From contig NC_087250.1 in NCBI RefSeq assembly GCF_037042905.1, forward strand, positions 24,058,001 to 24,122,000: a stretch of DNA of 64,000 bases, in the 5' to 3' direction. A program made the position numbers and the translations under genes. How positions within the stretch are numbered: the first letter of the stretch is position 1; every line of letters starts with the position of its first letter. Of the stretch, positions 26,501 through 41,500 are shown in pieces. The notes below the pieces were generated by a model. The model did no database searches. It was not told the DNA's origin and saw nothing but the letters and a program-made list of their open reading frames with translations. Source of the stretch: Lytechinus pictus. Lineage: Eukaryota.

Positions 26501-29500
26501 TTTACAAGAAAAGATGAATAAGATAGATATTCATTGTTTTTTGTGAATAAAGTTATTGAGTATTTTTTTGAAAAAATAATGTAATCATTAGTCTGGGATG
26601 TACGATGATTGTGCTCACACATATTTAACATGTTTACTTTCATTATTGTTTATCAAAAAAAAAAAAGTTTTCATCTCTGTTTTCATCACAGCCAACCAGA
26701 ATCGAAATGATGAAGGAACAGAGAACCTGATACTTCTCACACACATGTATCTCATGGACTTCGTGCTCGTCATTGATATCGTAGTAAGACTGCGAACGGC
26801 TGTCACTACGCCAAACGGTAAAATATAATTGAGGCTGTGTGAAGAGAAAAGATTCGGCCTAAGTAGTTCTATAACATACAGTATTCAATTAAGGTCTGAA
26901 CTGAAAAAAAAAACGGCATAGGAAAAATATGCTTTAAGAAAAAGGCAAAATATTAATAAAAGAACATAAAATAATAAAAGAAAAAGAAACCAGACATACA
27001 ATACCCAATCAGAAAAGAGAAATTAAGAAGCGAAGCGAAAAGAACATAAAACATATACAGTAATGACTTATTCCCCCTCATGCAGTTCATTTTTTTTCCA
27101 GAATCATATTGGATATATTATTTTCTTAGTAAAATATATATTATGTAATTGAACGACTTTTGTATATTGCAGAGGAAATAAGTTTTTAAAGTTGTTTATT
27201 CAAATGTGCCAAGCTTCTCAAGTCATGGATAAGTAAAAAACATCAAAGTAGAATCAGCTATATATTTTTAAAGAAACGAAAAATAATCTGTGAACAGTGT
27301 ATTTATGATCTTCACATCCCCCATTTTTTTTTTCCAAATAGGTACATTCAAGGATTTCCATTACATCCGGGACCATTACGTACGGAGCTGGGGTTTTGTT
27401 GCTGATGTGGTGGCGATCCTTCCTCTTGATCTGTTCTGTCTCCTTCTACCCGTAGGAATCAAACGAACACACGCCCTCTATCTACTCGCTCTAAACAGGC
27501 TTATCAAGTGCTGGCGGGTAGGATATTTTAGATATTTTAACCCCCTCCCGAAAAAATACTGCTAATACTACTACTACTACTACTACTTATAATACTACTA
27601 CAACTACTAACTACTGCTTATAATGTAATAATTATAATTGAATAAATAACTGAATAAAAAAATATTAAAAATAGAAGAAAAAAACAAAAACTAAGCACTC
27701 ACTAGAGTTTAGAATCTGACAATAAGACAAATAGTTCAGTTTCAATAACAAAGTCGGGCAATTCTATTATGTAAGCCTGACACCCACCGTTGGTCATTCT
27801 TATTTCAGTTTATGAACTGCTATACTGATTCCTATGAAATAGAAAAAAGTGGACTCATCATTTTAGAAAGACACTTTCTTGAGGCACATCAGAATTTGAA
27901 AATTGATGTAAGAATACAGAATCATGTTGGGGTTTCTCTAAGTGACAAAGATATAAAAAAATGAACAAGAATTACTGATTAAAAAAACCCCAAAGCAATT
28001 CTAGCAGAAGTTTTTACTGAAAATATACTCACGTCTCTTGGATTTGTCCTTGTACCCAGGTTCCAAACTACCTGCAGAACCTAGAACAGAACCTTGACGT
28101 CAACATTGGAACCATCCGATTCTTCAAATTCGTCATCTACATTGCTCTTCTCTCTCACTGGAGTGCCTGCCTATGGTACCTCTTCGCATGCCCGTCCGGC
28201 AAGTAAGTATCCCCGTATACCTGCTGGCTTAACTATTATGGTACCGTTTGAAACCTGAGATACCATTATGGTACAATGAATCCGTGGTACTTTGCAATTA
28301 TCATAACTGTAATTGAATATACCATATATATGTACCTCTGGTACCGCTGATTTATGTGATCTTTAATCGCTTCTTGCCTTGAAATGGCCACATATTCAGA
28401 GAAGAATAGAAAACCCCATAGGCCTACATCTTGGGAGGATTTCATGAAACAAATAGGTTCCTATCCTTGGGCACAATTGATTAATATGGACCCCCACCTA
28501 AAAAAAAAGATAAGAGAAAATGGAGCCCCTTCGAGCATAGTGAGTGAAAGTCACTATGATGGTAACTTGACCATCCAGTAGTAACTACCTAGGATACAAT
28601 GCTCAACAACCAATCAAAAGCAAGGATTTCATGAAAGTTATCATTGGATGGCAAGCAACAATACCATAATTGATTTTCGTGATACAGGGTCTTTCTGTCT
28701 CACAACAGTAATTGTATCATATCGTGATAGATATCACCCTTGGTACCACCGAACACCCTCAGTTCCAATAATCTATTACCCCCATTCATTAGATTTCGGT
28801 GTTTTTCACAACACTTCATTACTTTTGATTACTCCTATGTATTTATTTCTTCTTGGTTCTAAAGAAATACATTTAAACAATCTGCTCAATTACTTTAATG
28901 CAATTCTTAAAGGCATTAACGTAAAATTCAAAAAAATGTTGCCTTCTCTGTTATTTCACAATGCTCTAACATAGTTTATAAATTAGTATGTTGCTATACG
29001 CTTTATGGCAATTGCAAACAACATGTGACCAAAAAATAGTTTAATTGGTAAGGAAATATTTATTTTGCTGTGTAATCAATTTAGCTTAATTCTTTAAGTT
29101 AAATGTTATTTTCACCCTAGTACAGTCGTAGCATCATATGGAATATGGGAAGTTACAAATATTTGATAATTTGCTGTACAAAAGAATCGATTTGTAACAT
29201 GTATCAATACTTTTGTTCGGGAACAACCGTGCGGAGAATATTCTTCTGAAATTTCGCTTCCTCAAGTAAGATCCAATATCACGTGTGAGAGATTTATATA
29301 ATTCTATTGTCCACATTTTTATTCTGCATGGACTTCACAACGTGTTTTCCATAAATACTCTCCGTCGCGTTATGATATCATACTTTCGCCTCAGTTTAAT
29401 CATGTTCTATTTATCATACATCTAATTAATGCGCAACTTATTCTTGTTAACAATAATAATTTGTATTTCTGCATGTGTTTGAGTCTCCAAGACTTTTCTT

Positions 29501-32500
29501 CATGTAATTAATAAATGTTTAAACAAATTAAATAATCAAGAAGCAAATAAAGAAAATATTATTTGAAAGGAATACTTTTTCTTGTTTAGTATTAAAGGAA
29601 TGATTATAAGGAGATAATATGACAAATTTTGTCACACCATAGTGGTAAAAAATTATGTAGTTATTATCAATGGAATTTTACTACTGTAAATGCTGTATCT
29701 TCCAATTATTTAATGTTTTATTTGTCATATTTGTGTACAATGTTACATATGTATGTGATTCACGTAGCATCTTTGTGGTACAACGCTGTTGTAGTATGCA
29801 TCGCCGTCCAAAATAGTTGCCGCTTCGCTGTGAATTGCCTTGTATGTTATCCATGTTGCTTTTGCATAAGTAGGTTTTACACTGTAAAAAATGAAGTGCT
29901 AATTTAGCACTTACAGTGCTTGTATAGTGACTGCACTTCGAGTGCTGATTTTCTAGTTTAAATTTGAACTAGAAAATCAGCACTGGTAGTGCAGTCACTA
30001 TACAAACACTGGAAGTGCTAAATTAGCACTTCATGTTTTACAGTGTATCAACGCATATTGTAGAAACCCATGTTGTATCAACATGCAGTGTCAAAAAAAA
30101 TGTTTAGACTCCTTATTTTTTTGTCCAAGTATCCACACAATAGCTATATTAGAACTTATATTTAAGAGACTTTATCCCCAGATAGACTCGTTTGAATGCG
30201 TCAAGTAGCATCCTCGACCCTATCCAAAGTATCTTCAATGTCTTAACCACCTAGAACGTGAGGGCTCTTAAACATAGTTCTTCTGGAACTTGAAGACAGC
30301 ATGGTGTATTCCCAATGAATATAATGGCTATGCTTAAAGAAAATATTCTCTAGCATTGTAGAGTGGACACCGCCCTGTTACATAAGCTTCAGAACACTTT
30401 TTATATATTAATTAAATTTCATTTACTTTTGAATAAAAGAGTAAGCAATATGTATTATGGGCAAAATAAAATTCTCATCATGCAAATTACTAAACATTTG
30501 TGTGTGTGCCACCGGAAGCGGCAAATCATTTTCAGTAACATTACACTCTTAAACTTAAATCACAAAGGCAAATTCTAGAGGAAAGCCTCCGTACAATTGT
30601 CAATATGTTTTTCATAAACTTGCGGGAGATTTTTTTTTCGGAGATCTTCTGTTGGTTAAAACAAAATTTTCGTCGTGAACTTAGCTTCAGCCTTCGAAAA
30701 TCAAATCAAACTTCAGACGACATGTATAACTTCCCCTTTCTAATTATATTTTGAGACATTCGTTAAACGTAGATCATACATGTATTAGTACTAGTCCTAT
30801 CACCATTTGCGTTCATTCTGTCATGTGTGTCCAGTCTTGTCTGCAATTCTAGTTTCGTTTTTGTGTCTTATTTTTTATTTTTTTAATTTTTTTATTGATT
30901 TATTATTTTTTTAAACAATTTTTGCTTACAAATGTACGATTGGTTCATTCCTGCAAGTATTTTCTTTGTATACTTCATTCATGTTGATTGAACACCATTG
31001 TCATTAGCGTGTTTTCTCGATTCTGAGAGAGATACGGTCAATCTAAATATCTGGGACATCCGCGAACAACCGCGTGTACCCGCGGGTAATCGGAGAATAC
31101 CGCATTGATGTCCGCAAAGAGCCAACATTTTGTTGCAAGAAACTTGAAAATCAATATACTGTATAGTTTCAGAATCAGTTTAGTCTACAACTATTGATTT
31201 TCGATTTAAAATAGGTTTTATTTTTTTTTTGATACAGTTGAAATTGATATTACAATTTAAATTTGCTATTGAAATTTGCGATCGCTTACAAGTTGCGGTT
31301 ACCGTAACCTTTCCCATTATCTTCAGCTTTGTATCGCGTGTTTGTTTTCCGCGCGTATGAAATTTGTTGGGTGCCCCGCGAAGTTACACTTTTATTTGCG
31401 GTTCCTTGTGTTGGGTTGTTCGTGGATATTTTCGGATTTTCGTAGGTTCCATATGCGAATCTATCAAATTGGTGATTGAAGTTCATTATTGTGAATACAG
31501 TAACATTGTCATGAGTGTTTGGAACATTACATCTCCTTTTCTTTGATTTAAGGAATTCCCGATACGAGTGGTATCACATTTTGAAAACTGATATGATATC
31601 AATGCAGGGATGGAATTGTAATCGGCTTATATGCTCTGTTTTGAAAGCCAGTTTATCGTTGTTGTTTGTTGTCAAGAAAATCGGTCTCCCTTAAACCAAT
31701 TCAATACCAATTTTTTTTAGTCTCAAATCAATGAAAAAAAAAAAAAAATAACGATTTAGTTGCCACCAAAATGAAATTTTTGTGGCACATACATATTTTT
31801 TTATCGGTGCTAATATTACTTTTCTTCTTGTTCCATTTCACGCGCTATTTTTCGCAATTTTTAGCTTGAATTAAACTTACATAAATTGCAAATATAAAAA
31901 AAAATCAGGGTCAAGCTAGGTTTAGGACGTTTTATTCAATTTTTCCATTCAGTGTTCTTGTGTCTCCATTCTATTGATGAGGTCATAAATTGTCAGAATT
32001 TGACAATTTGATTATCTTCTTATTGTGATGATGTTGTACATGTAATTCAAAACGTGACTGTGTCAAATCATAAGTGATCTATGTCTTCATTGTTCATACA
32101 GCAGATCTAGACATTGTTGACCATATTAGACCAAATAAAATCGTTTGTATTTATTTCTTCATTCTTGGATAGAAATCAACAGCAAAATTTCATTGTAGTT
32201 CGTCCTACCAACTATTTTTTTTCATACATTTTGTTCCTCTTACATGTTACTCTATTAGCTATTTTCGTTGCATTTGTGTCCACGCGCACAGATTACTTTT
32301 CTTCATACATTTTCTTAGTTTTACAACGAACATCTTTTGTATTTCTCATTTTAATATTTTATTCATTGAACTGTAGTTTGTATCAACAGATTCAGTTTTA
32401 GTCAATTTGACATTAGCGATCCTTTTTATATATTCAGCAGCGTCTCCCAAAACTAAACTATAGATCTACTTCATTTATTCGAGCACCTCATATATTTCCG

Positions 32501-35500
32501 CACAATTATCATTGCTTTATAGTGTGTCTTTATTACATTTTATCTAGAATCTTCTTTTGAATATTGTACATTTGTGTTGATATGAAATAATTAGAGTGTT
32601 CAGTATACAGGGTGTATATGACAAAACCCGACAACATCTAGGCTTACATCATTTTGTAACTTATACGTTAGGTAGAAATGGATAGCAATATTGAACCGAG
32701 TATACATTGTAGTTTGATATGAGCTCTTACAATGCCACCCGACCCTTGGATCTTGCCCCAGCCATGCGGTCCCACACCTCTATGGTTCACTTGTTCCATG
32801 TTTTGCATGACTATAGAGCATCACCCGCCCCACCCCCTCTACCCCTTCCTATTAAGAAATTACATACATGACATGTGGTCTAACTAGTATTGTGATAATG
32901 TAAGCCCACGAATCACCACACACTGGTAACACATTCATTCAAGCACTCGCTTCTGCAGCCCCACCCGTCCTAGCTCACCCCTCACCATAGTTTTGTTGAG
33001 TTGTTGAGTGGATATTCGGTGTTCGTTACTTGAACAATCAGTGCAAATAACACTTGGAATTTAATTTTTGACAATAACGTTTGTTCTTTTCCTGTCTTGT
33101 TAATCTTTATAATACAACATGTTTCTCCCCGCTCTCTCCCTTTTGTTTCTTCAATGCTTACCCGATGATACCCGTTTCCCCCGAATTTTGTGCGTGTATT
33201 TCCTTCCTGATTCTCACTTACAACTTTTCCTTCTACTACGCGTTTCTTTAACACCCCCTATCGTCCAATCACTAATCCCCGCCCTTCTCGTGAACAACAT
33301 GCCCCACTTGTGAAATTACTATGGTAACTACCCTTGTGTGTGTCCTTCCCCTCCCCCTTTAATATGTGCCCCGCCCCTTTTCCAACTTGGATTACGCCAC
33401 GAAGCTGTCAAGTGGACATGTTCAAAAGCGATGCACATTTCGTGTTCAACAGTAAGGGGTCGACGAGGTTAGCATAAATGAATGGTTTGGTATTTTTTAT
33501 GTATGATTTTTTTTCACACGTATTTCGCTTTCTCTTTCTGGCATTGGGTTTCTATCATTGCTGCTTTAACCTCCTAAAACTTGCCTCTAATTCTGAGTTT
33601 ATAAGGTACCGGTATACATATCATTTACAAACATATGAACGTACATAAAATATTTATTATAATAGTTCACTAATATTATGATTTGGATGATGACGAAATT
33701 CATTATAATATAAATAGCGTTCGATAATGAACGTATCCTTATTTTCTTTCGGGGGCTGGTAATTATGAAAGATATATTTGGTTGATTGTCTTGCTTATGA
33801 ATATTGTATGGTAATATTTCTAACTCAGGGTCTTTGGTGTAAGCAATTTATAAAACGATAAATATGGTACCGTAGCATATTATGATTAAAATTTTAACAA
33901 ATTTAGGGAAGAAAATGTGATAAAAATTCGAGTCTCTGGCAAAGTTTCAAGTTAGGACCAATACAAAATTGTAATTAGATTATGTCCATCACAGGAGCTA
34001 GCTTGATCACATTTTTTTTTAAAATCTAAAGTTCCTCGTATTTAGAACACAACGACTAAAAAGCAAACATTTTAAAATCCACGGTTAGTTTAACGGTCAG
34101 TTTAGAGGCAAGTTAAATTGCATGCAGGCGGAATGGTTGATTAGTACATTTTTTTAGCTACCAAACGATGCTTCTTCTAATTTTACTTGGAAAATGATCA
34201 TCACTTGTAGTTTTCTTCTGTTAGTTTACTACTTTAACTGTGGCTTTTATATTCGGAGCATGAACATCTTTCGCAACTTGCAACATTCTCGCTGCCTAGC
34301 TGCATTTTGCTTCATTTATTATCATCATCATCGGGGAAAATTCTATAATTTAGTACAATATCTGTAGCAGTAGTTGATAGATCATCATTAGAGTTAGTGG
34401 CATAATTGGTTTACCATTCAAAGTACTCATTCCTATGTTAAAATTTACGTTATATAATATATGGATAGTGTATTTATGAAGCTTTTTTTGCAGGGGAGGT
34501 GATATATGTACACCTTATAGTAACTTCCTGAGAGCTTTGGAAAACCCGAGTACAGGCAAATATTCGAAAACCAGCGAATCAAATTAGATGAATATACTTC
34601 GTAAGGTAAATATTCCGCATAATTATTTACCGGAAAAGGCGGAAATTAAGAAATCCAAATGAATGAAATGTAACAAAAAAAAAATAATATGATATCAAAA
34701 TATTGCAAATGAACAAAGAGTGTGGATATTCACCTGCTTGTCAGTCATATATTTAAAAAATATCAATATAAGAAAATCAGCTAATCAGTGTCATTTGTCT
34801 TGGCATCTATTTCAAAATCACGGAGGAGTCATGATTTATTTTTTCCCGCTGGTTTACGAGTAGGCCTACACTTTCCTATTTATCTTCCCATTGTGCATTG
34901 AGTGTAGACTTAGACATATCATTCAGATGAATTTAAATTTATCATGTGAAGCAATGCCAGTAATTATTATTTGTATATTTTCCTTAAAATACATGTACAA
35001 GGATGTTATTACATTGTATTTGTTGTTATATGATGTCAATTAAGTAGGTTAATGTTAATCTATAAACAGTTTTCACTACGTGTAATTAAAAACAAACACA
35101 CTTATACAAATAATATATTAAATATCATTTCATTTATTTTTAATTTTCACAAAAAATACGTCTCAAGTAAAGTAGATACGGTCGATTAAATACAAATCAA
35201 TACGATAAATGAGATTAATGTGCAATCACAGTTGAAATACATACCTGTTTATGGATATATGACATCAATAATAGAACATTGTGATTTATATTTTGTGAAG
35301 ATGAAGAGGCTCACTAAGAAAATCAAGCTTGTATTTCGTGGGCTACTCAAAGGGTAATGGGAATGCAAAATAATATTTATAGAAACAAAGATTATTTAAA
35401 ACACAAGTCAAAGTAATCATGTGATTGGTTCATTCAGTATCACTCCTTATTATTACCGCATACCGACATAATGATAAAACGGCAGACGTATTCATAAATT

Positions 35501-38500
35501 AATACTATCGTAAATCCATCGCTATGATTTCAGATGATCATTTTTCCATTCGCACAATGCTTACACATTTGGTATATTTTGAATATGCGGAATAGCAATC
35601 TCATGTCATGGTCATGTATGTAGTAAATTCTTTGCATAGTTGTGTACTACGAGGACCTCGCTTCGATGATACAGAACCTCGTCTAAATTTTCACAACTTA
35701 CTCAATGAATTTACAAGATAACTCATACTGTCATAAATCATTGTGGTCATGGTGGTCATGTGCAAAGTCAACACAGTCAATGTTGGGACACCAGGTTTTA
35801 CTTCAAATTTCATCAAATCATTTTGCCCATTTTTTGCCCGTCACATATTTGTCGTAAATCGTAATTTTAGAGTGTTTTTTCTCATCTGATTGGCTGGATA
35901 GTTGATTTCTTTTGTGTGTCTGGTTCCTAAATCGAACGAGAAAGAAATATCATTACGATCTCCAATACTTTTATTGAATTGATGTGACCGTTATTATTAT
36001 TACCAATTATAATTATTTTCCATTATCATTATAATTATTATTTTCATTTTCATTATTATCGACATTATCATTATTGAAATTAGTATGAATATTATGAAAA
36101 AGAAACATGTCCCAATAAACTGATAATCTAAATACAAAAAAAGTCTATGAAAGTTTATACTGCTATTATGAAATGAAATAGATTTTTTTGTTCAAATGCA
36201 AGTATCCTTAAATTTAACTCTAGATTTAATGTATTTTTTAAAATAGAATTATGACTAGTTCAAAGAAATAGTTAAAAAAAATATTGTTATTGTTATCAAA
36301 GTTTATTTGGGTACTTGCTTGTTTATCATTGATCTACTTGGTACGGTTTTTGTTGTTGTTGTTTGTTTTGATAATAGGATATAAAACAAAACGACCCCAT
36401 AGAGAAAAGGATGATAGGTTCATTGCTTTCTCAAAACATTTATTTAGACCGGGTATACCTACTTTTGGATTATTTTTCATCATTATTTTCATGTTCATTT
36501 TTCAAACCTAATAATGGTTCATCTGTCTTTTATTGCAAATCATATGAATTTGGCTATGTTCATTCTTTAACCTAATATTGGTTCATTTGTCTTTTGTCGC
36601 AAATCATACGAATTTGGCTATTTTTACTGCAGGCTTCTAGATATAGATCTATAGATTATATTCGCCGCTTACTAATCCCTGTTATAGGTTGCGAGAAAAC
36701 AAGCATTTTAGATATTTACAGTTATCAAATTTCCTTTCTAACTTGCGCTTCTTAGATAATTTAGTTTTCTTAGCCTTTGCTACAATTGGCATTATCCATT
36801 TCATTTTCATTGTTATTAATGGTTGAAATGTAAAATATAGGTAAGTATGATTTGACTTTTTCTTTTCTGGAAATTTTATTTGAAATATATTTCTACATCT
36901 CGGAAAGTGTATTAGCTCGCTATATTTAATTGCTGTTTTGGGGAGAAAAGACTATTACCCAAAGAGCATATTTTTAGTGTCATTTTTGGCCTGGGCAGGC
37001 GGGGTGTCATTTTGTTTACTACACTTGATAATTTAATTGATTCTTATGGTGTAGAAATTATCCACAAAGCGGCGGCACGTTATGAAAAAAAAATCAAGAT
37101 TTCCCATTAAACTATCTTTCTTTCGCACATTTCCGCGAATACTTTCGAGGCCGCTTTCTATTGGACGAAAGTTGTAGAGAATATAGTCTTTACAAATACT
37201 GAATAATTTATTTGAATGATATATTAAGTAATATTTTATCGAAGCTGTTCTGAGACCTTGGTTGCGGAATGTCAAGTTAGTTATATTCTTGCTGCATTTT
37301 GTTTTTCATGTATTCACTTTTTTTTTAGTTTGGACTCCTCCAATCAATTTTAAACTGAACACTTTGTTTACAAAAAATACAAACTACGACTTCCGCTTCC
37401 CACGGTTGACCGGATAGCCGTAAATATTATTGGAATCTCCATTGCGTGAAAGGCGCTGAAGTTACTACCCGATTGCTAGTTCTTTTCTCAAGTGTAGATT
37501 ACTGGCAATTGGTCAGAGTGGACTATGAATTCTTGATGAGTTAGTTGGTTTCTTATCAATCGGTAATTTGATGTCAGTTCTGTGATTTTAATCCTGAAAA
37601 AATATTCTTACCTCCCTCGCGATGTTTGAACAGCGACGACAGTGCGCAGGCCGCTCCAGTCGCCGACCCGGCGGAGGCGGAGGTTTTCACACTGGCGTCC
37701 CACGAGTACATTCAATCGCTATACTGGGCCGCGGCTACGATGACTTCTACGGGCTACGGAGACATCAGCGCGCATTCGACCATCGGCCGCGCCATCGCCC
37801 TGGCTGCGATGCTTGTGGGACTCCTCCTCTACGGCTATTGCCTCTCATCCATCGCTGCTACACTGGCAAACTCAGATGCTCCCAGGTCAGTCTCAGTTTA
37901 ACTCATCATGATTTTATTAAAAGAATCATTTTAATTATATGATTTAAATATTTTACTCAACGGTAAGGAATTAAACAATTAACAAGAATTAGGGTCTAAC
38001 GTTACTATAGCATTATTAGCATAAAGGAATAAATAAAATATAAAATTTAAATGAAAAACAATCATTAGCCAAAACAAAAACATCAGTGATATTTCTATTT
38101 TAGAATGACTACCCCCTAGCAAAAATGATAAGAAAAAAAAGCAATTGAAAAGCAGAAAAATACTTAAAACCGAAATCTGTCTTCAAATCATCAGACTCCT
38201 TGAGTGTCCAGTGCCATAAACGCACTAGGCCTCCAAATGATAATGTATCCTGTTCCTAAATTCTTAAGTGAAATTCGTAATGAGAAATTGAGAATACTGA
38301 GAGTGAGACATACTTATTGTAGGCCAAATATTTTAAAAAGAAAATAAGAAAATAAATCATGTATGGTCAGTATTTGAATGTAGAGCATGTATGCACTTGT
38401 TTGAATTTTTGACATGACATTGTTTGATTTTGATTTATTTCTACAGAGTGGGCTTCCAGGAGAAGCTGTTTGCCTCGCAGGATTTCATGAAGAAACACAA

Positions 38501-41500
38501 TCTGAGCCTAGATCTACAACAGAGGGTTATCAACTATCTCAGTCTTGTCTTTAGAAGACACAGGTACACTTAAAATAAGGCTAACAAAATGTTTTACTTC
38601 TGATCACAAAACACAAAAAAAATTGAAGAGTTACCTCAAAATTTCAGCTACTGACTGCAGCCTTCCTCAGCGGTGTGACCCAATTTTACATCAATGTTGT
38701 GATCAATGATTGGGTCATTGATCACTACAATAATATGAGACTGCATGTTGATAGGCAGATAGTTGCAACGTCTCTGTGAATTATCAGAGTGACTTCTAGA
38801 TGGAACTACATTATTACTTTCAGAGCAAAGTTATTGTACAGTCAAACCTGTGACTGTCTATTAAGGGCACTCCCCAAACAGGAGTAGTGACCACTGTAGA
38901 CAGGTAGCTTTTATAAACAGGCTCTAAAACACATCTTTTTTTCAAATGAGAGACAATTTTGGTGGCCATTATAGACAGATTGTATGCAGGTGGCTGCTGA
39001 CAAAGTGACAGGTTTGACTTTTTTATTGATTCAGTTAAACATCACCTTCATTCTCTTATTTCAGAGGAGAGGCTATCCCGGGTGGAGAGCGTGTGATGCA
39101 TGATATGCCTATTCAGCTTCAGCAGGATATCGCCTACCAAGATGTACATGAGACACTTAGCAAGGTAACCAACTCAATCTTTGCAATCGTGCAGATTTTG
39201 ATATCCACTTTCCCAAATTACACCGCTTTCATTTCCAGTTATTTAGGTCCATAAAAATTCATCAGGCGTATAACACAAAACAATAAAATACATACTAGAA
39301 AAAGTAGATGACCTCCCCAGATGCTAAGTAAGATAAAAAGGACAAGATTGTTAAAAAAACATCGTACAAGAATAATACTGACCATGAAATAGGAAACTAC
39401 ACATGAACAAAGCAAAGATTATGTTGTGTTGTGCCAGTGATAAGCAAGCAAAAAAATTAATAGATAAAACTTTGAGTCACAATAGGTCTGCCAGCTGTCC
39501 TTCCAAATTTCTCCTCTAATGGAGTACAGTTATTGGCGTCATGGATCTTATGTAGGATCTATTTTAAGCAAAGAGATGGTTCTTGTCTGGAGGTTTGATT
39601 GTTGGAGAAATTTTCTTGAAGTTATTTGGAAGTGTTGATTTGACACTGAAGAAAGAATTTTATACTGTAAGGTTTTTGAAATCACCTCTTAAATTATCAG
39701 AAATTTCATATTATTATTCAACTGAAATACATGTGATGGGCTTAATATTTGACCTGTTGTATTTTTTAAAACTTAAAAGTTAAATTGATTTTGCTATCCG
39801 AAAACACTCTTTTGATTTGGAACTTTTACTTCAATGTCCTGCCATGTATTATAGTAACATGATATAAGAATCTGCAGCCTACAACGATTATTTCCCCTTT
39901 AGTTTCCAACAATTTGAGTTTCCTTCTAATTGCCATTTTCACAGGTGCCTCTGTTCAAGGAATGTGACTCCAACTTCCTACGCATGCTTGCATTGAAGCT
40001 CCATGTATTCATCTTCATGCCTGGTGATGTGGTTGTTTATCAGGGGGATATGGGCCGCGAGATGTACTTCATTAGAAGAGGTACCTGTGAGGTAAGAAAC
40101 AAACTTCAAAGTAAAGTTTTTGTCTCTCAGCAGAGTGAGACTATAGGCGCCGCTTTTCCGACGGCAGCGGCGGCGGCGGCGTCAACACCAAATCTTAACC
40201 GAAAGTTAAGTTTTTGAAATGACTGCATAGAAAGTATACGGACCTAGTTCATGAAACTTGGCCATAAGGTTAATCAAGTATTACTGAACATCCTGCCTGA
40301 GTTTTATGACACATGACCAAGGTCAAAGGTCATTTAGGGTCAATGAACTTAGACCATGTTGGGGGAATCAACATCAAAATCTTAACCTAAGGTTAAGTTT
40401 TTGAAATGACTGCATAGAAAGTATACGGACCTAGTTCATGAAACTTGGCCATAAGGTTAATCAAGTATTACTTAACATCCTGCCTGAGTTTTACGACACA
40501 TGACCAAGGTCAAAGGTCATTTAGGGTCAATGAACTTAGACCATGTTGGGGGAATCAACATCAAAATCTTAACCTAAGGTTAAGTTTTTGAAATGTCATC
40601 ATAACTTAGAAAATATATGGACCTAGTTCATGAAACTTGGACATAAGTTTAATCAAGTCTTACTGAACATGATGCTTGAGTTTCACGTCACATGACCAAG
40701 GTCAAAGCTTATTTAGGGTCAATGAGCTTTGGCCAAATTGGGGGTATCTGTTGAATTACCATCATAACTTTGAAAGTTTATGGATCTGATTCATGAAACT
40801 TGGACATAAGGTTAATCAAGTATCACTGAACATCCTGTGCGAATTTCAGGTCACATGAAAAACGTCAAAGGTCAATGAACTTTGGCCAAGTTGGGGGAAT
40901 CTGTTGAATTACCATCATAACTTCGAAAGTTTATGGATCTGATTCATGAAACTTGGACATAAGAGTAACCAAGTATCACTGAACATCTTGTGCGAGTTTC
41001 AGGTCACATGACCTTTCAAAGCTTATAGATATAGTGTATAAAATGTGGATATAGGGGTAATCAAGTATCACTGACAAGTTTTAAGTCACAGGATCAAGGT
41101 CAAATGTCAATGAACGTAGTATTGTATCATCATATGGTGTTTTTTGTGAATAATTTTATAGTTGTTTTCAAAGTCAGCACTGCTGCTATATTGAAACGCG
41201 TGATGCAGCTAAGACCGCCAGAGGCATTCCACTTCTTTTATTTTGATCTCATAATCCAGACAATCTTATTGAATTGGGTCCCATTATTTTTAACCCTTTC
41301 TAGGCCAGGGGGGGGGGGGCCTCGGAGGCCTCCCCCCTCAACGAATCGCGCGATATTTTCGCCGTGCGAATTTTTTTTGACTGCGCCGCTCGCTGACTTA
41401 TTACTTTCAAGTCTTGCGCAACTTTTGAGTTCAATTTTGGGTCACCCGGATACGTGGTTCCGAAATTACGCAACATTATGTAAGTACATGTCAGACCCAA

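Noticed and set aside
31030..31460. Imperfect inverted repeat (atccgcgaacaacc / ggttgttcgtggat)
   Set aside because: Probably an old MITE, but the ends and TSD cannot be defined.
34494..34605. Strong-looking acceptor (ttttttgcag) in the long repeat-B intron
   Set aside because: The required phase-2 frame reaches TAG before a compatible GT donor.
37622..37942. Overlapping 106-aa alternative-frame ORF
   Set aside because: By-product of the GC-rich pore exon; non-ATG start and no other support.
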